Source: an uncultured bacterium (GTDB lineage Bacteria > JAGOEH01 > CAYLKS01). From it: DNA of 64,000 nt. This document shows positions 20,774-31,107 of the stretch, in pieces; position 1 is the stretch's first letter; the number at the start of each line of letters is the position of its first letter. The notes beneath the pieces were generated by a model. It did not search any database. It was given only the letters and a program-made list of their open reading frames with translations, and was not told where the DNA came from. Location of the stretch: NCBI GenBank assembly GCA_964384205.1, contig CAYLKS010000005.1:3567-67566 (forward strand), given 5' to 3'. The position numbers and the translations under genes are program-made.

Positions 20774-22108
20774 ATGAAAGGAGATCTTATGGCTAAAAAA
20801 AAATTTCCAATGCTCTTCTGGATTGGCAATATTATTGAAGTATTGGAAAGATTCGCTTATTATGGACTATATTTAGGATTTGGCATTTATGCAACAACTT
20901 CAATTGCAAAAAATGGGTTAGGATGGACGAAAGCTGAACTTGGAGTCGTACAAACTATATTTTTATTCCTATCTTATATCATACCTCTACTTTCAGGTAT
21001 TCTGGCAGATAGATATGGCTTCAAAAAAATGTTACTTTTTTCATATTTGCTATATCTCCCTGGATTTTTATTATTAATTCTCACAAAAGAATATTTTTTA
21101 GTATTACTAATAATGATATTAATTGCAGTTGCCGCTGGGTTTTTCAAGCCTCTAATAGCAGGAACAGTAAGACTAACAACTGATGAAACAAATCGAACAC
21201 TCGGTTTTGGGATATTCTATTTAATGGTAAATGTAGGCGCATTTTTTGGTCCAATGACTGCAGGTGCATTGAGAATAAAATCATGGAATTATGCTTTTTT
21301 AGCATCTGCAATTAGTGTAATTCTTATGATAGTAATTACAATACTATGGTATAAAGACCCTATAACTATAGATAAATCAAAAAGAATACCGTTAACTCAA
21401 ACATTTAAAGAAATTATGCCATTTCTAAAGGACCCTAAAATATTACTATTTATTCTCCTTTTCGGAATATTTATTGAAATTCCATTCTGGTCATTCTTTA
21501 ATTTAGTTACAATGTATATAGACCAGTATGTACGCACAGATCTACTATATAATTCATTTATTAATTTCTTCAACAGTATAGGTCTTGAGTCTTTTGGAAA
21601 ATCATTTATAGGATTATTTAGTTCTGTAAATGCCGAAGGGCAACACCATATTGCAGGTGAGACATTAGGGCATACAGCTCTATATATTATTTTATTTCAA
21701 TTATTTGTTACTAAATCAACTGAAAAAATAAGAAGTATCCCAACTATAGCTATTGGAATTGGCGTAATGATATTGGGTTGCATCGGTATTGCTAATGCTA
21801 CCGGCAATTATCCTGGCTTAATATTTTTAGGAATAATCTTATTTGCTATAGGGGAAATGTCATGCATGCCAAGATTTGAACAGTATCTTATATCAATGTT
21901 ACCACCAGAAAAAACAGGATTAGGTGGTGGATTACTTAGGATACCTGTTGCTATTGGTGCTTTTAGCGGAGTAACTATAACTTCAATTTACGGAATATTT
22001 GAAAAAAATAATCATCCGCAATATATCTGGTATGTAATTGGGCTAATTTTATTAATAGGATTTATTCTCTTATTGCTATATGATAAATATTATAAAACAA
22101 AAGGATAA
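20774..22108 (+). CDS. proton-dependent oligopeptide transporter (POT/PTR2 family, DtpT-like)
   Basis: 444-aa polytopic membrane protein with the POT signature ERFAYYGLYLGFGIY near the N-terminus. Confidence 0.8.
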   Translation: MKGDLMAKKKFPMLFWIGNIIEVLERFAYYGLYLGFGIYATTSIAKNGLGWTKAELGVVQTIFLFLSYIIPLLSGILADRYGFKKMLLFSYLLYLPGFLLLILTKEYFLVLLIMILIAVAAGFFKPLIAGTVRLTTDETNRTLGFGIFYLMVNVGAFFGPMTAGALRIKSWNYAFLASAISVILMIVITILWYKDPITIDKSKRIPLTQTFKEIMPFLKDPKILLFILLFGIFIEIPFWSFFNLVTMYIDQYVRTDLLYNSFINFFNSIGLESFGKSFIGLFSSVNAEGQHHIAGETLGHTALYIILFQLFVTKSTEKIRSIPTIAIGIGVMILGCIGIANATGNYPGLIFLGIILFAIGEMSCMPRFEQYLISMLPPEKTGLGGGLLRIPVAIGAFSGVTITSIYGIFEKNNHPQYIWYVIGLILLIGFILLLLYDKYYKTKG

Positions 22109-22140
22109 AAAAAGCTCCTCTTTGTGAGGAGCTTTTTTTA
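22107..22140. terminator. bidirectional rho-independent terminator between convergent genes
   Basis: AAAAAAA-GCTCCTC-tttgt-GAGGAGC-TTTTTTT: a 7-bp GC-rich stem at 22114-22120 / 22126-22132, with an A-tract on the 5' side and a T-tract on the 3' side. Confidence 0.7.
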
Positions 22141-22338
22141 TTACATTCCATATTCTTTTCTATTGCAATTACAAACTCTAACAAAAGTTTTTTTAAACTT
22201 TAATCCACCTGCAGTTTGAACAGGATCAATAACCTGTAACATATCAGGAACTTCACCACATACAGGACATGGTTTTCCAGTTTTTACTTTTTTAGCTTTT
22301 GCTAACCTAGCTTGAGTTCCACCTTCTTTTTTAGCCAT
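22141..22338 (-). CDS. small basic zinc-ribbon protein (unassigned family)
   Basis: 65 aa with a Lys-rich N-terminus and CPVC...CNC spacing of four Cys. It lies downstream of bactofilin-purN on the same strand, separated from purN by an 11-nt gap. Confidence 0.4.
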   Translation of the reverse strand: MAKKEGGTQARLAKAKKVKTGKPCPVCGEVPDMLQVIDPVQTAGGLKFKKTFVRVCNCNRKEYGM

Positions 22339-22349
22339 TTTTCCTCCTG

Positions 22350-22964
22350 CTAATCAAAAATTACTCTGTTGTTTTTAATTTTAAATTTTTTCGTTAATAC
22401 TTTTTCTATTATCAACGGGTAATATTCATGCTCAAATTTTAATATCCTATTTGCAAGACTCTCCGGTTCATCATATTCTCTAACTTCCACTACTTTTTGA
22501 AATATTATAGGTCCTTTATCGTACTCTTTATTAACAAAATGAATTGTTAAACCAGAATAAAAAACACCTGATTCAATTACTGCTCTATGAACATTTAATC
22601 CATAATACCCTTTCCCACCAAATGCTGGCAAAAGCGCTGGATGAATATTTATTATCATTGGATAATAATTATCTATAACAATATCTGGTATCTTTTTCAA
22701 ATATCCGGCCAAAACTACTAAATCGATATTATTTTCATTTAAAATATTCAAAAAATATTCCCCAAATTGTTTATTAGATGAAAAATCTTTCTTTCTCAAA
22801 ACAACATACTCAATATTATGTTCTTTTGCAATATCAATAGCTCCTATATTATCTTTACTTGCCAATAATAACTTTATAACTATATTATCGTTATTTTCAA
22901 AATATTTTATAATTGATGCAAAATTAGATCCTCGCCCTGAGGCTAAAACTGCTATACTTTTCAT
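22350..22964 (-). CDS. purN: phosphoribosylglycinamide formyltransferase
   Basis: 204 aa, MKSIAVLASGRGSNF...NIHPALLP..GG, a formyltransferase fold. Confidence 0.85.
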   Translation of the reverse strand: MKSIAVLASGRGSNFASIIKYFENNDNIVIKLLLASKDNIGAIDIAKEHNIEYVVLRKKDFSSNKQFGEYFLNILNENNIDLVVLAGYLKKIPDIVIDNYYPMIINIHPALLPAFGGKGYYGLNVHRAVIESGVFYSGLTIHFVNKEYDKGPIIFQKVVEVREYDEPESLANRILKFEHEYYPLIIEKVLTKKFKIKNNRVIFD

Positions 22965-23314
22965 AAAATATTAACCCGGCCTTTAACTTTAGCACCATCT
23001 TCAATAATTATATGCGGAGCTTCCATATCTCCTTCAACAAAACTTCCCTTTTTTATATGAATCTTATTATTACAAGAAATATTTCCAACAACCCTGCCAT
23101 AGCATATAATATTATTTCCTTTAATATTAGCTGTAACTTTTGACTCACTGGAAATAAAAATAGTGCCATTAATATCAATATTTCCTGAAAAACTACCTTC
23201 AAAAACAACATCTTCAGAACCTATAATTTTCCCTTTTATATTAGAATTTATACCTATCAAACTCCTGTTTAATCCACTTAAATTATTTCCAACTTCATTT
23301 AATAAATTTTGCAC
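22961..23314 (-). CDS. bactofilin family cytoskeletal protein
   Basis: 117 aa of beta-helical bactofilin repeat (FEGSFSGNIDINGTIFISSESKVTANIKGNNIICYGRVVGNISCNNKIHIKKGSFVEGDM). Confidence 0.75.
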   Translation of the reverse strand: MQNLLNEVGNNLSGLNRSLIGINSNIKGKIIGSEDVVFEGSFSGNIDINGTIFISSESKVTANIKGNNIICYGRVVGNISCNNKIHIKKGSFVEGDMEAPHIIIEDGAKVKGRVNIL

Positions 23315-23503
23315 ACTAATATCCTTTGATTTAAATTACGTTTTAATATATACAAAATTTTACTTAAGTCAAGGAAAAAAGTATATATCAAATTGCAAAG
23401 TTAGTGTTATTACAGTATTATATCAAACTAAAAAAAATATTTTATACATTCAAGATAAAAAGTTTTTCGAAATTGTTAATCAAATAACAAAACAAAAAAA
23501 CTC

Positions 23504-23532
23504 TTGACATTTACCTAAAATTGTAATATAAT
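23504..23532 (+). promoter_or_regulatory. consensus sigma70 promoter for the gap-pgk-tpiA-secG operon
   Basis: Perfect TTGACA (23504-23509), a 17-nt spacer and perfect TATAAT (23527-23532), followed by the AGGAGG ribosome-binding site of gap. Confidence 0.55.
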
Positions 23533-23534
23533 GA

Positions 23535-24563
<1,029 letters not shown>

Positions 24564-24579
24564 AAAAGGGCCAATAACA

Positions 24580-25773
24580 ATGCAAAAAAGAACAATTGAC
24601 GATTTAAATCTTAAGGACAAAAAAGTCCTTATGAGAGTAGATTTTAATGTCCCTCTTGACGAAAATCAAAATATTACAGATGACACAAGAATAAAAGCAG
24701 CTCTACCTTCAATCAAAAAAGTAATTGAAGAAGGTGGAAAATTAATATTAATGTCACATCTTGGCAGGCCAAAAGGAGAAAGAAAGCCAGAATTTAGCTT
24801 AAAACCTGTTGCAAAAAGATTATCAGAGCTATTAGGTAAAGAAGTAAAATTTGTTAATGATTGTATTGGTTCTGAAGTAGAAAAAGCTGTTTCTGAATTA
24901 TCAGCAGGGGATGTTCTTCTTTTAGAAAATTTAAGATTTTATAAAGAAGAAACTAAAAATGACCCTGAATTTGCAAAAAAATTAGCTTCTTTAGCTGATG
25001 TTTATATAAATGATGCTTTTGGTACAGCTCATAGAGCTCATGCATCAACAGAAGGTGTTGCTCATTATTTATCAGAAAAAGCAGTTGGATATCTTATTCA
25101 AAAAGAACTAAAATATTTAGGTCAAGCTATTGAAAATCCAGCAAGACCATTTATTGCTATTTTAGGTGGTGCAAAAGTTTCCGGCAAGATTGATGTTATA
25201 AATAATCTTTTAGATAAAGTTGATGCTTTAATAATTGGCGGCGGAATGATATTTACTTTCTACAAAGCAATGGGATATAATGTTGGAAAATCTTTATTGG
25301 AAGAAGATAAAATAAATGTTGCAAAAGAAATTTTAAATAAAGCTAAAGAAAAAAATATTACAATTCATTTCCCTGTTGATATTGTGGTAGCTGATGAATT
25401 TAAAAATGATGCTAATATTAAAATTGTTCCTTTTGATAAAATCCCAGATGGCTGGATGGGATTAGATATTGGCCCGGAAAGTATCAAAAAATTTGAAGAA
25501 GTTATTAATTCGAGTAAAACTGTTGTATGGAATGGACCAATGGGTGTATTTGAAATGGAAAATTTTGCTAAAGGAACAATAGAAATAGCTAAAGCATTAG
25601 CTAAAGCTACAGAAGAAAAAGGAGTGGTATCTGTAATCGGCGGTGGTGATTCTGTATCTGCTGTAAAAAAAGCAGGCGTTGCAGATAAAATGACTCATAT
25701 TTCAACAGGTGGTGGTGCAAGTTTAGAATTTTTAGAAGGTAAAAAATTACCTGGTATTGAAGCAATAGACTAA
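24580..25773 (+). CDS. pgk: phosphoglycerate kinase
   Basis: 397 aa with canonical PGK motifs (RVDFNVP, SHLGRP, GGGAS). Confidence 0.95.
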   Translation: MQKRTIDDLNLKDKKVLMRVDFNVPLDENQNITDDTRIKAALPSIKKVIEEGGKLILMSHLGRPKGERKPEFSLKPVAKRLSELLGKEVKFVNDCIGSEVEKAVSELSAGDVLLLENLRFYKEETKNDPEFAKKLASLADVYINDAFGTAHRAHASTEGVAHYLSEKAVGYLIQKELKYLGQAIENPARPFIAILGGAKVSGKIDVINNLLDKVDALIIGGGMIFTFYKAMGYNVGKSLLEEDKINVAKEILNKAKEKNITIHFPVDIVVADEFKNDANIKIVPFDKIPDGWMGLDIGPESIKKFEEVINSSKTVVWNGPMGVFEMENFAKGTIEIAKALAKATEEKGVVSVIGGGDSVSAVKKAGVADKMTHISTGGGASLEFLEGKKLPGIEAID

Positions 25774-25791
25774 GGGTGAAAGGAAATAATA

Positions 25792-26550
25792 ATGGATAGA
25801 TTACCATTAATTGCTGGCAACTGGAAGATGAATAAAACTTATCAAGAAGCCGAAGAATTGCTCAATGGATTAGTAAAAGGTATCGATAATAATCTGGAGG
25901 ACAGAGAAGTTTTAATCTGTCCTCCATTCCCTTTCATAGATTTAGCTGTAAAACTAACAGAAAAAACTCCAATTAAAGTTGGTGCGCAAAATTTATTCTG
26001 GGAAGAAGAAGGTGCTTTTACAGGCGAAGTAAGTGGAAAAATGTTGAATAGTATTGGCTGCAAATATGTTATAGTCGGCCATTCTGAAAGAAGAGAATAT
26101 TTTCAAGAAAATGATGTTTTATTATCAAAGAAATTGAAAATTGCATTGAATAATAATTTAGTACCGATATTATGTGTTGGTGAAAATCTCCCTCAAAGAG
26201 AAGCAGGACAAGAAAAAGACGTTGTTAAATCTCAAATTATAAATGCCTTAGATGGCTTTATAGCAGAAGAAATCAAAAAAATGGTTATTGCATATGAACC
26301 AATATGGGCAATAGGAACAGGCAAAACAGCAACACCTGAACAAGCTCAAGAAATGCATAATTTTATACGCCTAACAATTGCAGACAAATACGGTTTTGAT
26401 TCTGCAGAAGAGGTTAGAATTCTTTACGGTGGTAGTGTAAAACCAGATAATATTGACCAATTGATGTCTCAAATGGATATTGATGGAGCATTGGTTGGTG
26501 GTGCAAGTCTTAAAGCTGAATCATTCTTAAGGATTATTAATTTTCAATAG
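25792..26550 (+). CDS. tpiA: triose-phosphate isomerase
   Basis: 252 aa, IAGNWKMN...VGHSERR...AYEPIWAIGTG. Confidence 0.95.
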   Translation: MDRLPLIAGNWKMNKTYQEAEELLNGLVKGIDNNLEDREVLICPPFPFIDLAVKLTEKTPIKVGAQNLFWEEEGAFTGEVSGKMLNSIGCKYVIVGHSERREYFQENDVLLSKKLKIALNNNLVPILCVGENLPQREAGQEKDVVKSQIINALDGFIAEEIKKMVIAYEPIWAIGTGKTATPEQAQEMHNFIRLTIADKYGFDSAEEVRILYGGSVKPDNIDQLMSQMDIDGALVGGASLKAESFLRIINFQ

Positions 26551-26559
26551 GAGAACTTC

Positions 26560-26973
26560 ATGGAATATTTTTTATTTCTGCTAATTTTGATAGTAGCTAT
26601 TTTACTTATTGCTGTGATATTACTACAATCAAGTAAAGGTGGTGGACTTGCTGCTGGATTAGGTGGTGGAATGGCTACAAACTTTTTAGGCACCAGAGGT
26701 ACAGCGACTTTTTTAACAAAAGCCACTACAATTCTGGCAACTGTGTTTTTTGTATTAATAATAATTATGCATTTTTATATGAGTGGTAAATATAAATCTT
26801 CCTATAAAAGCAATGTAGAAAATTTAATAAGACAAGAACAGCAAATTCCAACAAGTGCCGCTCAACAATTATCAGAAGAACAAAATACAAAAACAAAAAA
26901 CCAAAACAAACAGCAATCACAACCACAGCAGCAAAAACAACAACCCAAGCAACAACAAACTCCTAAAAAATAA
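26560..26973 (+). CDS. secG: preprotein translocase subunit SecG with a Q/K-rich C-terminal tail
   Basis: 137 aa with the SecG core (LLQSSKGGGLAAGLGGG) followed by a low-complexity QQQKQQPKQQQTPKK extension. Confidence 0.85.
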   Translation: MEYFLFLLILIVAILLIAVILLQSSKGGGLAAGLGGGMATNFLGTRGTATFLTKATTILATVFFVLIIIMHFYMSGKYKSSYKSNVENLIRQEQQIPTSAAQQLSEEQNTKTKNQNKQQSQPQQQKQQPKQQQTPKK

Positions 26974-26983
26974 ATTATTCAAT

Positions 26984-27067
26984 GCCGAAGTGGTGGAACT
27001 GGTAGACACGCTATCTTGAGGGGGTAGTAGGCGACTGCCTGTGCGGGTTCGAGTCCCGCCTTCGGCA
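26984..27067 (+). tRNA. tRNA-Leu (anticodon GAG)
   Basis: 84-nt cloverleaf with acceptor GCCGAAG/CUUCGGC, a D-arm, anticodon stem CTATC/GGTAG with loop TTGAGGG, a long variable arm and a GGTTCGAGTCC T-loop. CCA is not encoded. Confidence 0.85.
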
Positions 27068-27071
27068 ATTA

Positions 27072-28400
27072 ATGAAAAAATTTATTCTTATATATCTTTT
27101 TATTTTATTAATTTTTATTAAAGCAGCAGATTATAAAATAATAGGTTATTATCCATATTGGAGTATTTATCAGTTACCACCTGAAAATATAAAAATACAA
27201 TATATAACACATATTAATTATGCATTCATAGAAAAAGTAAACGATAATGGCAAAATTATAATTTCTGATAATATTATCATTCCATCTCTTAATAATATTA
27301 TTCACGATAATAATAAAAAAATTCTTATTTCTGTTGGAGGATGGGGTGGACTGATCAATTTTTCAAATATAATAAAAAAGCAAAAACTAAGGCAAAATTT
27401 TATTAATAGTATCATAAATTTCTGTATTGATTATGATTTTGACGGAATTGATATTGACTGGGAATTTCCCTCTTCAAACTCTGATAAGGAAAATTTAACA
27501 CTATTAATAAAAGAGTTAAAATCCAAAATAAATGAAGAATATCCTGAATTATTGCTTACAATGGCAATTCCCAATGGCGGATATTATGGACAATGGTTTG
27601 ATTATGAAAAATTACAGGAACATATAGATTGGTTCAATTTAATGTCATACGATTACCATGGAAGCTGGTCATCTCATAGTGGTCATAATGCACCATTATA
27701 TGCTCCTTCGAATTGTTATGACGGTTCAATCTCTCAATCAATAGAATATCTAATCAAACAGCGGAAGCTAAGTCCTCAAAAACTCGTATTAGGTGTACCT
27801 TTCTATGGTAAAAAATTTAATACTGATAAACTTTACACATCTTTTAGTGAATGTTCAGGTGTTTTATACCGAGATATAATTACTTACTTAAATAAAGGAT
27901 GGAAATATAACTGGGATGATATATCCAAAGTTCCATATTTAACAAATACTTCAGAAAATGCCTTAATTACTTATGATGATTCTCTTTCTATAGCAATAAA
28001 AACAAAATATGCTATCGATAATCAATTAAATGGTGTTATGATATGGGCACTAAATCAAGATTCTGACAATAGTATTCTTTTATCTTCCATATATAATACT
28101 ATCACAAACAATACTTCTCTCAAAAATAAAAATATAATGGCTCAAAAAATAGCATTAAAAATATTCCCAAATCCTTGCAATAAATTCTGTTATATTTCAT
28201 TAAATGACTATAAATATAATTTATTAAAAATCAATATATATAATATAAATGGGCAAAATATTTTTTCTAAATCCTATTCTGCTCTACATAGCAATATTAT
28301 AAAAATTAATTTTAATAATGACATCTCATCCGGAATATATTTCCTAAAATTACAAATAAATAATAAAATATTTCATAAAAAAATTACTTTAATCAAATAA
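27072..28400 (+). CDS. glycoside hydrolase family 18 (chitinase-like) with a T9SS C-terminal sorting domain
   Basis: 442 aa with a signal peptide, the GH18 catalytic motif DGIDIDWEFP, and a C-terminal ~80-aa Por/T9SS secretion-signal domain (KIFPNPCNKF...GIYFLKL...). Confidence 0.8.
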   Translation: MKKFILIYLFILLIFIKAADYKIIGYYPYWSIYQLPPENIKIQYITHINYAFIEKVNDNGKIIISDNIIIPSLNNIIHDNNKKILISVGGWGGLINFSNIIKKQKLRQNFINSIINFCIDYDFDGIDIDWEFPSSNSDKENLTLLIKELKSKINEEYPELLLTMAIPNGGYYGQWFDYEKLQEHIDWFNLMSYDYHGSWSSHSGHNAPLYAPSNCYDGSISQSIEYLIKQRKLSPQKLVLGVPFYGKKFNTDKLYTSFSECSGVLYRDIITYLNKGWKYNWDDISKVPYLTNTSENALITYDDSLSIAIKTKYAIDNQLNGVMIWALNQDSDNSILLSSIYNTITNNTSLKNKNIMAQKIALKIFPNPCNKFCYISLNDYKYNLLKINIYNINGQNIFSKSYSALHSNIIKINFNNDISSGIYFLKLQINNKIFHKKITLIK

Positions 28401-28612
28401 TACTTTTACTAAAAAAAATCAAATAATTAAAAAAATAAAATAAATGATAAATAAAAATATCAACTAAATAAAAAAAACTAAAGACGCCCATAACTAAATT
28501 AATATTGCTAAAATTATATCTCATTACTATTATAGAATTTGTTTATGTTCATCTACAATGATATTAAAATATTTATGAATTATGATCTAATTCACTTCTC
28601 CACTATTATATT

Positions 28613-29905
28613 CTACCCGGGAAATAATTTTCTCTTCAATCTATCGAATCGATCCCATTTTATAAATCTTGTCTCTCTAACTGTTCTGTATAAAATAAAA
28701 ATCCCATAAATTAAAAATATAATATTTGAAAACCACATTGCAAGCCATGGTGGAACCACCCCTTTATCACCAAGCTCTTCACCTACAAGTAAACTCCCCC
28801 ACGATAGTACAAAAAATATCATACTAATTATAATAGAGGGTCCCACTCCCCCTCTCTTCGATCTTACTCCCAATGGAACTCCAAGTAAAACAAATATAAT
28901 ACAAGCAAATGCAATCGCAAATTTTTTATGAATTTCTACTTTATATTGATTAATTTGATATTCCAAATTTTTTTTAATGTTCACCTCATTTTTCAATCTA
29001 TAATATGTTGTCATAGTAATAGGTTTTCTTCCCATCAACAAAATTGATAAATCATTTCTAATATATTTCTTACACCTATTTTTAGTATTTTTAATTCTCA
29101 TTTTTAAAGTATCAATATAACTATTCATCATTGATATGTTCATCTCCCTCTGCCCTCGATTAAAAACAAAATCCCTGGTACTATCAGAACTCAAATTATA
29201 CTTATATACAAGTTCATTAAACTTTATAGAAGAATATCCCCCGTCATTTTTTTTATTAAATTTATAAATTTCACCGTAGTTTAATTTTAATATCATAATA
29301 TCCTTATTAGCATCATAAGCAATTATACCATCTTTGGAAGTTATAATATCAGGAGTTCTACCCTTGCTATAATCATAAATGACAACATTCTTCATATAAT
29401 TTTTTTTTCTATCAAGATTATCACAAAATAACACGAAACTATCACCAATTTTATTAAATTTGCCTTCTTCCAAAGCTATAGTGGGAGTAGAAGCCTTAAT
29501 TCTAAATTCTAAATTTTTTAAATAATAATTCGCATCTGGCAATATATTATTATTAAAATAAAAAATTATTCCTGTATTTATCAGTCCAAATAATAAAGAA
29601 GGAATTAAAAGAGAATAAAGGCTTATTCCACTTGCTTTTATAGCCATTATTTCATTGTCTTCAGTCAATTTTCCATAAGTCATAATTGTAGCAAGCAATA
29701 CACTCATAGGAATAGAAAGAGCAATAATATGCGCAAGACTTAAATATACCATCTTAAATATTACAGAATATTCAACCCCTTTTTTCAAAATCATATCTGT
29801 AATTAAAATAAATTCATTAACAACCATAATACCAGTTATTAAAAAAATAGAAAAAAAGTATGGCGGTAATAATTCCTTAAAAATATATCTATATAAAATT
29901 TTCAT
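28613..29905 (-). CDS. LptF/LptG family lipopolysaccharide export permease
   Basis: 430 aa, YjgP/YjgQ family: N-terminal TM segments, a periplasmic beta-jellyroll and C-terminal TM segments. Confidence 0.8.
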   Translation of the reverse strand: MKILYRYIFKELLPPYFFSIFLITGIMVVNEFILITDMILKKGVEYSVIFKMVYLSLAHIIALSIPMSVLLATIMTYGKLTEDNEIMAIKASGISLYSLLIPSLLFGLINTGIIFYFNNNILPDANYYLKNLEFRIKASTPTIALEEGKFNKIGDSFVLFCDNLDRKKNYMKNVVIYDYSKGRTPDIITSKDGIIAYDANKDIMILKLNYGEIYKFNKKNDGGYSSIKFNELVYKYNLSSDSTRDFVFNRGQREMNISMMNSYIDTLKMRIKNTKNRCKKYIRNDLSILLMGRKPITMTTYYRLKNEVNIKKNLEYQINQYKVEIHKKFAIAFACIIFVLLGVPLGVRSKRGGVGPSIIISMIFFVLSWGSLLVGEELGDKGVVPPWLAMWFSNIIFLIYGIFILYRTVRETRFIKWDRFDRLKRKLFPG

Positions 29906-31107
29906 TCAATAATAGAAGTAAAATCACCATCTTTTACAATGGTTTTAATTTTCATATTTTTATTAATATTATTCTTTGAATTAATTATTTTATCATCCAA
30001 AGATAAAGTAATAGAATACCCTCTATCCAAAATATTTTTAGGATTCAATGCTTCTAAATGTCTTTTTAATGAAATAACATGTTGTTTTTTTAATTCTACT
30101 TTATTTTCAAAATTATTTTTCAATCGAGAAGTTAAACTATCAATATACTGTATTTTTTGGTTCAATAAATCAATCATACGTTCATAATTTAGTATACGCT
30201 TTGCTCTTTTATACCTTTGTTTATAATTATTATAAATAGAAATCATAGTTACAACTAATTTTTGCTTCATTAATATAACTTTATTTTCTAATTCCTTAAT
30301 ATCCTTAACAGCAATCTCAGCTGCAGCAGATGGAGTAGCTGCTCGTATATCAGCAACAAAATCAGCAATAGTAAAATCTATTTCATGACCTACTGCAGAA
30401 ATAATAGGTATTTTCGATTCAAAAATAGCCCTTGCAACAATTTCTTCATTGAAAGCCCATAAATCCTCCAAAGAGCCACCGCCTCTACCAACAATTAAGA
30501 CATCAACTTTCCCATATTCATTAAATTCTTTAATTGCTTGAGCAATTTCAGCTGCAGCAGTATCTCCCTGTACCCTCACTGGTCTTAAAATTATATCAAC
30601 TGAAGGATAACGTCTTCTCAATACTTTTATTATATCTCTTATTGCTGCTCCGGTTCTTGAAGTAACAACTCCAATAATCTCAGGAAATGCCGGTATAGGT
30701 TTTTTAAATTTCTCATCAAATAATCCTTCTTGTTCCAATTTCTTCTTCAATTGCTCAAAAGCAAGCTGAAGCTCTCCTAAACCCGCAGGCATCAAAGAGG
30801 AAATTATAATCTGATAATTACCTCCTTTTTCATATACTGCTAACTTGCCAAATACATTAACTTTTAACCCATTCTCTAAATTAAATTTTATATTCTGAGC
30901 AGTAGATCTCCATATAACAGCTTGAATCTGACTCTTATCATCTTTTAGCGTAAGATATATATGACCTGAAGAATGCCTCTTATAATTTGAAATCTCTCCT
31001 ACAACATATACAACTGGAAATGAATCTTCAAGTAAATTTTTAATCTGTAATGTCAATTCATATATTGTTAATGGTTTCTCCATTAGTGAATTTTCTATAT
31101 TATTCAT
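29902..31107 (-). CDS. xseA: exodeoxyribonuclease VII large subunit
   Basis: 401 aa with an OB-fold (VVGEISNYKRHSSGHIYLTLKD) plus the catalytic core (GRGGGS). Confidence 0.9.
   Translation of the reverse strand: MNNIENSLMEKPLTIYELTLQIKNLLEDSFPVVYVVGEISNYKRHSSGHIYLTLKDDKSQIQAVIWRSTAQNIKFNLENGLKVNVFGKLAVYEKGGNYQIIISSLMPAGLGELQLAFEQLKKKLEQEGLFDEKFKKPIPAFPEIIGVVTSRTGAAIRDIIKVLRRRYPSVDIILRPVRVQGDTAAAEIAQAIKEFNEYGKVDVLIVGRGGGSLEDLWAFNEEIVARAIFESKIPIISAVGHEIDFTIADFVADIRAATPSAAAEIAVKDIKELENKVILMKQKLVVTMISIYNNYKQRYKRAKRILNYERMIDLLNQKIQYIDSLTSRLKNNFENKVELKKQHVISLKRHLEALNPKNILDRGYSITLSLDDKIINSKNNINKNMKIKTIVKDGDFTSIIE

Noticed and set aside
26544-26726. Minus-strand 60-aa ORF spanning the tpiA/secG junction.
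   Set aside because: It is antisense to the highly conserved SecG N-terminus and has no supporting features.
28401-28612. att-like direct repeat of the tRNA-Leu 3' end downstream of the chitinase gene, which would mark an integrated island.
   Set aside because: No copy of the tRNA 3' segment (GGGTTCGAGTCCCGCCTTCGGCA or a 15+ nt part of it) was found in the AT-rich region after the chitinase, so horizontal acquisition via this tRNA is not supported by the sequence alone.
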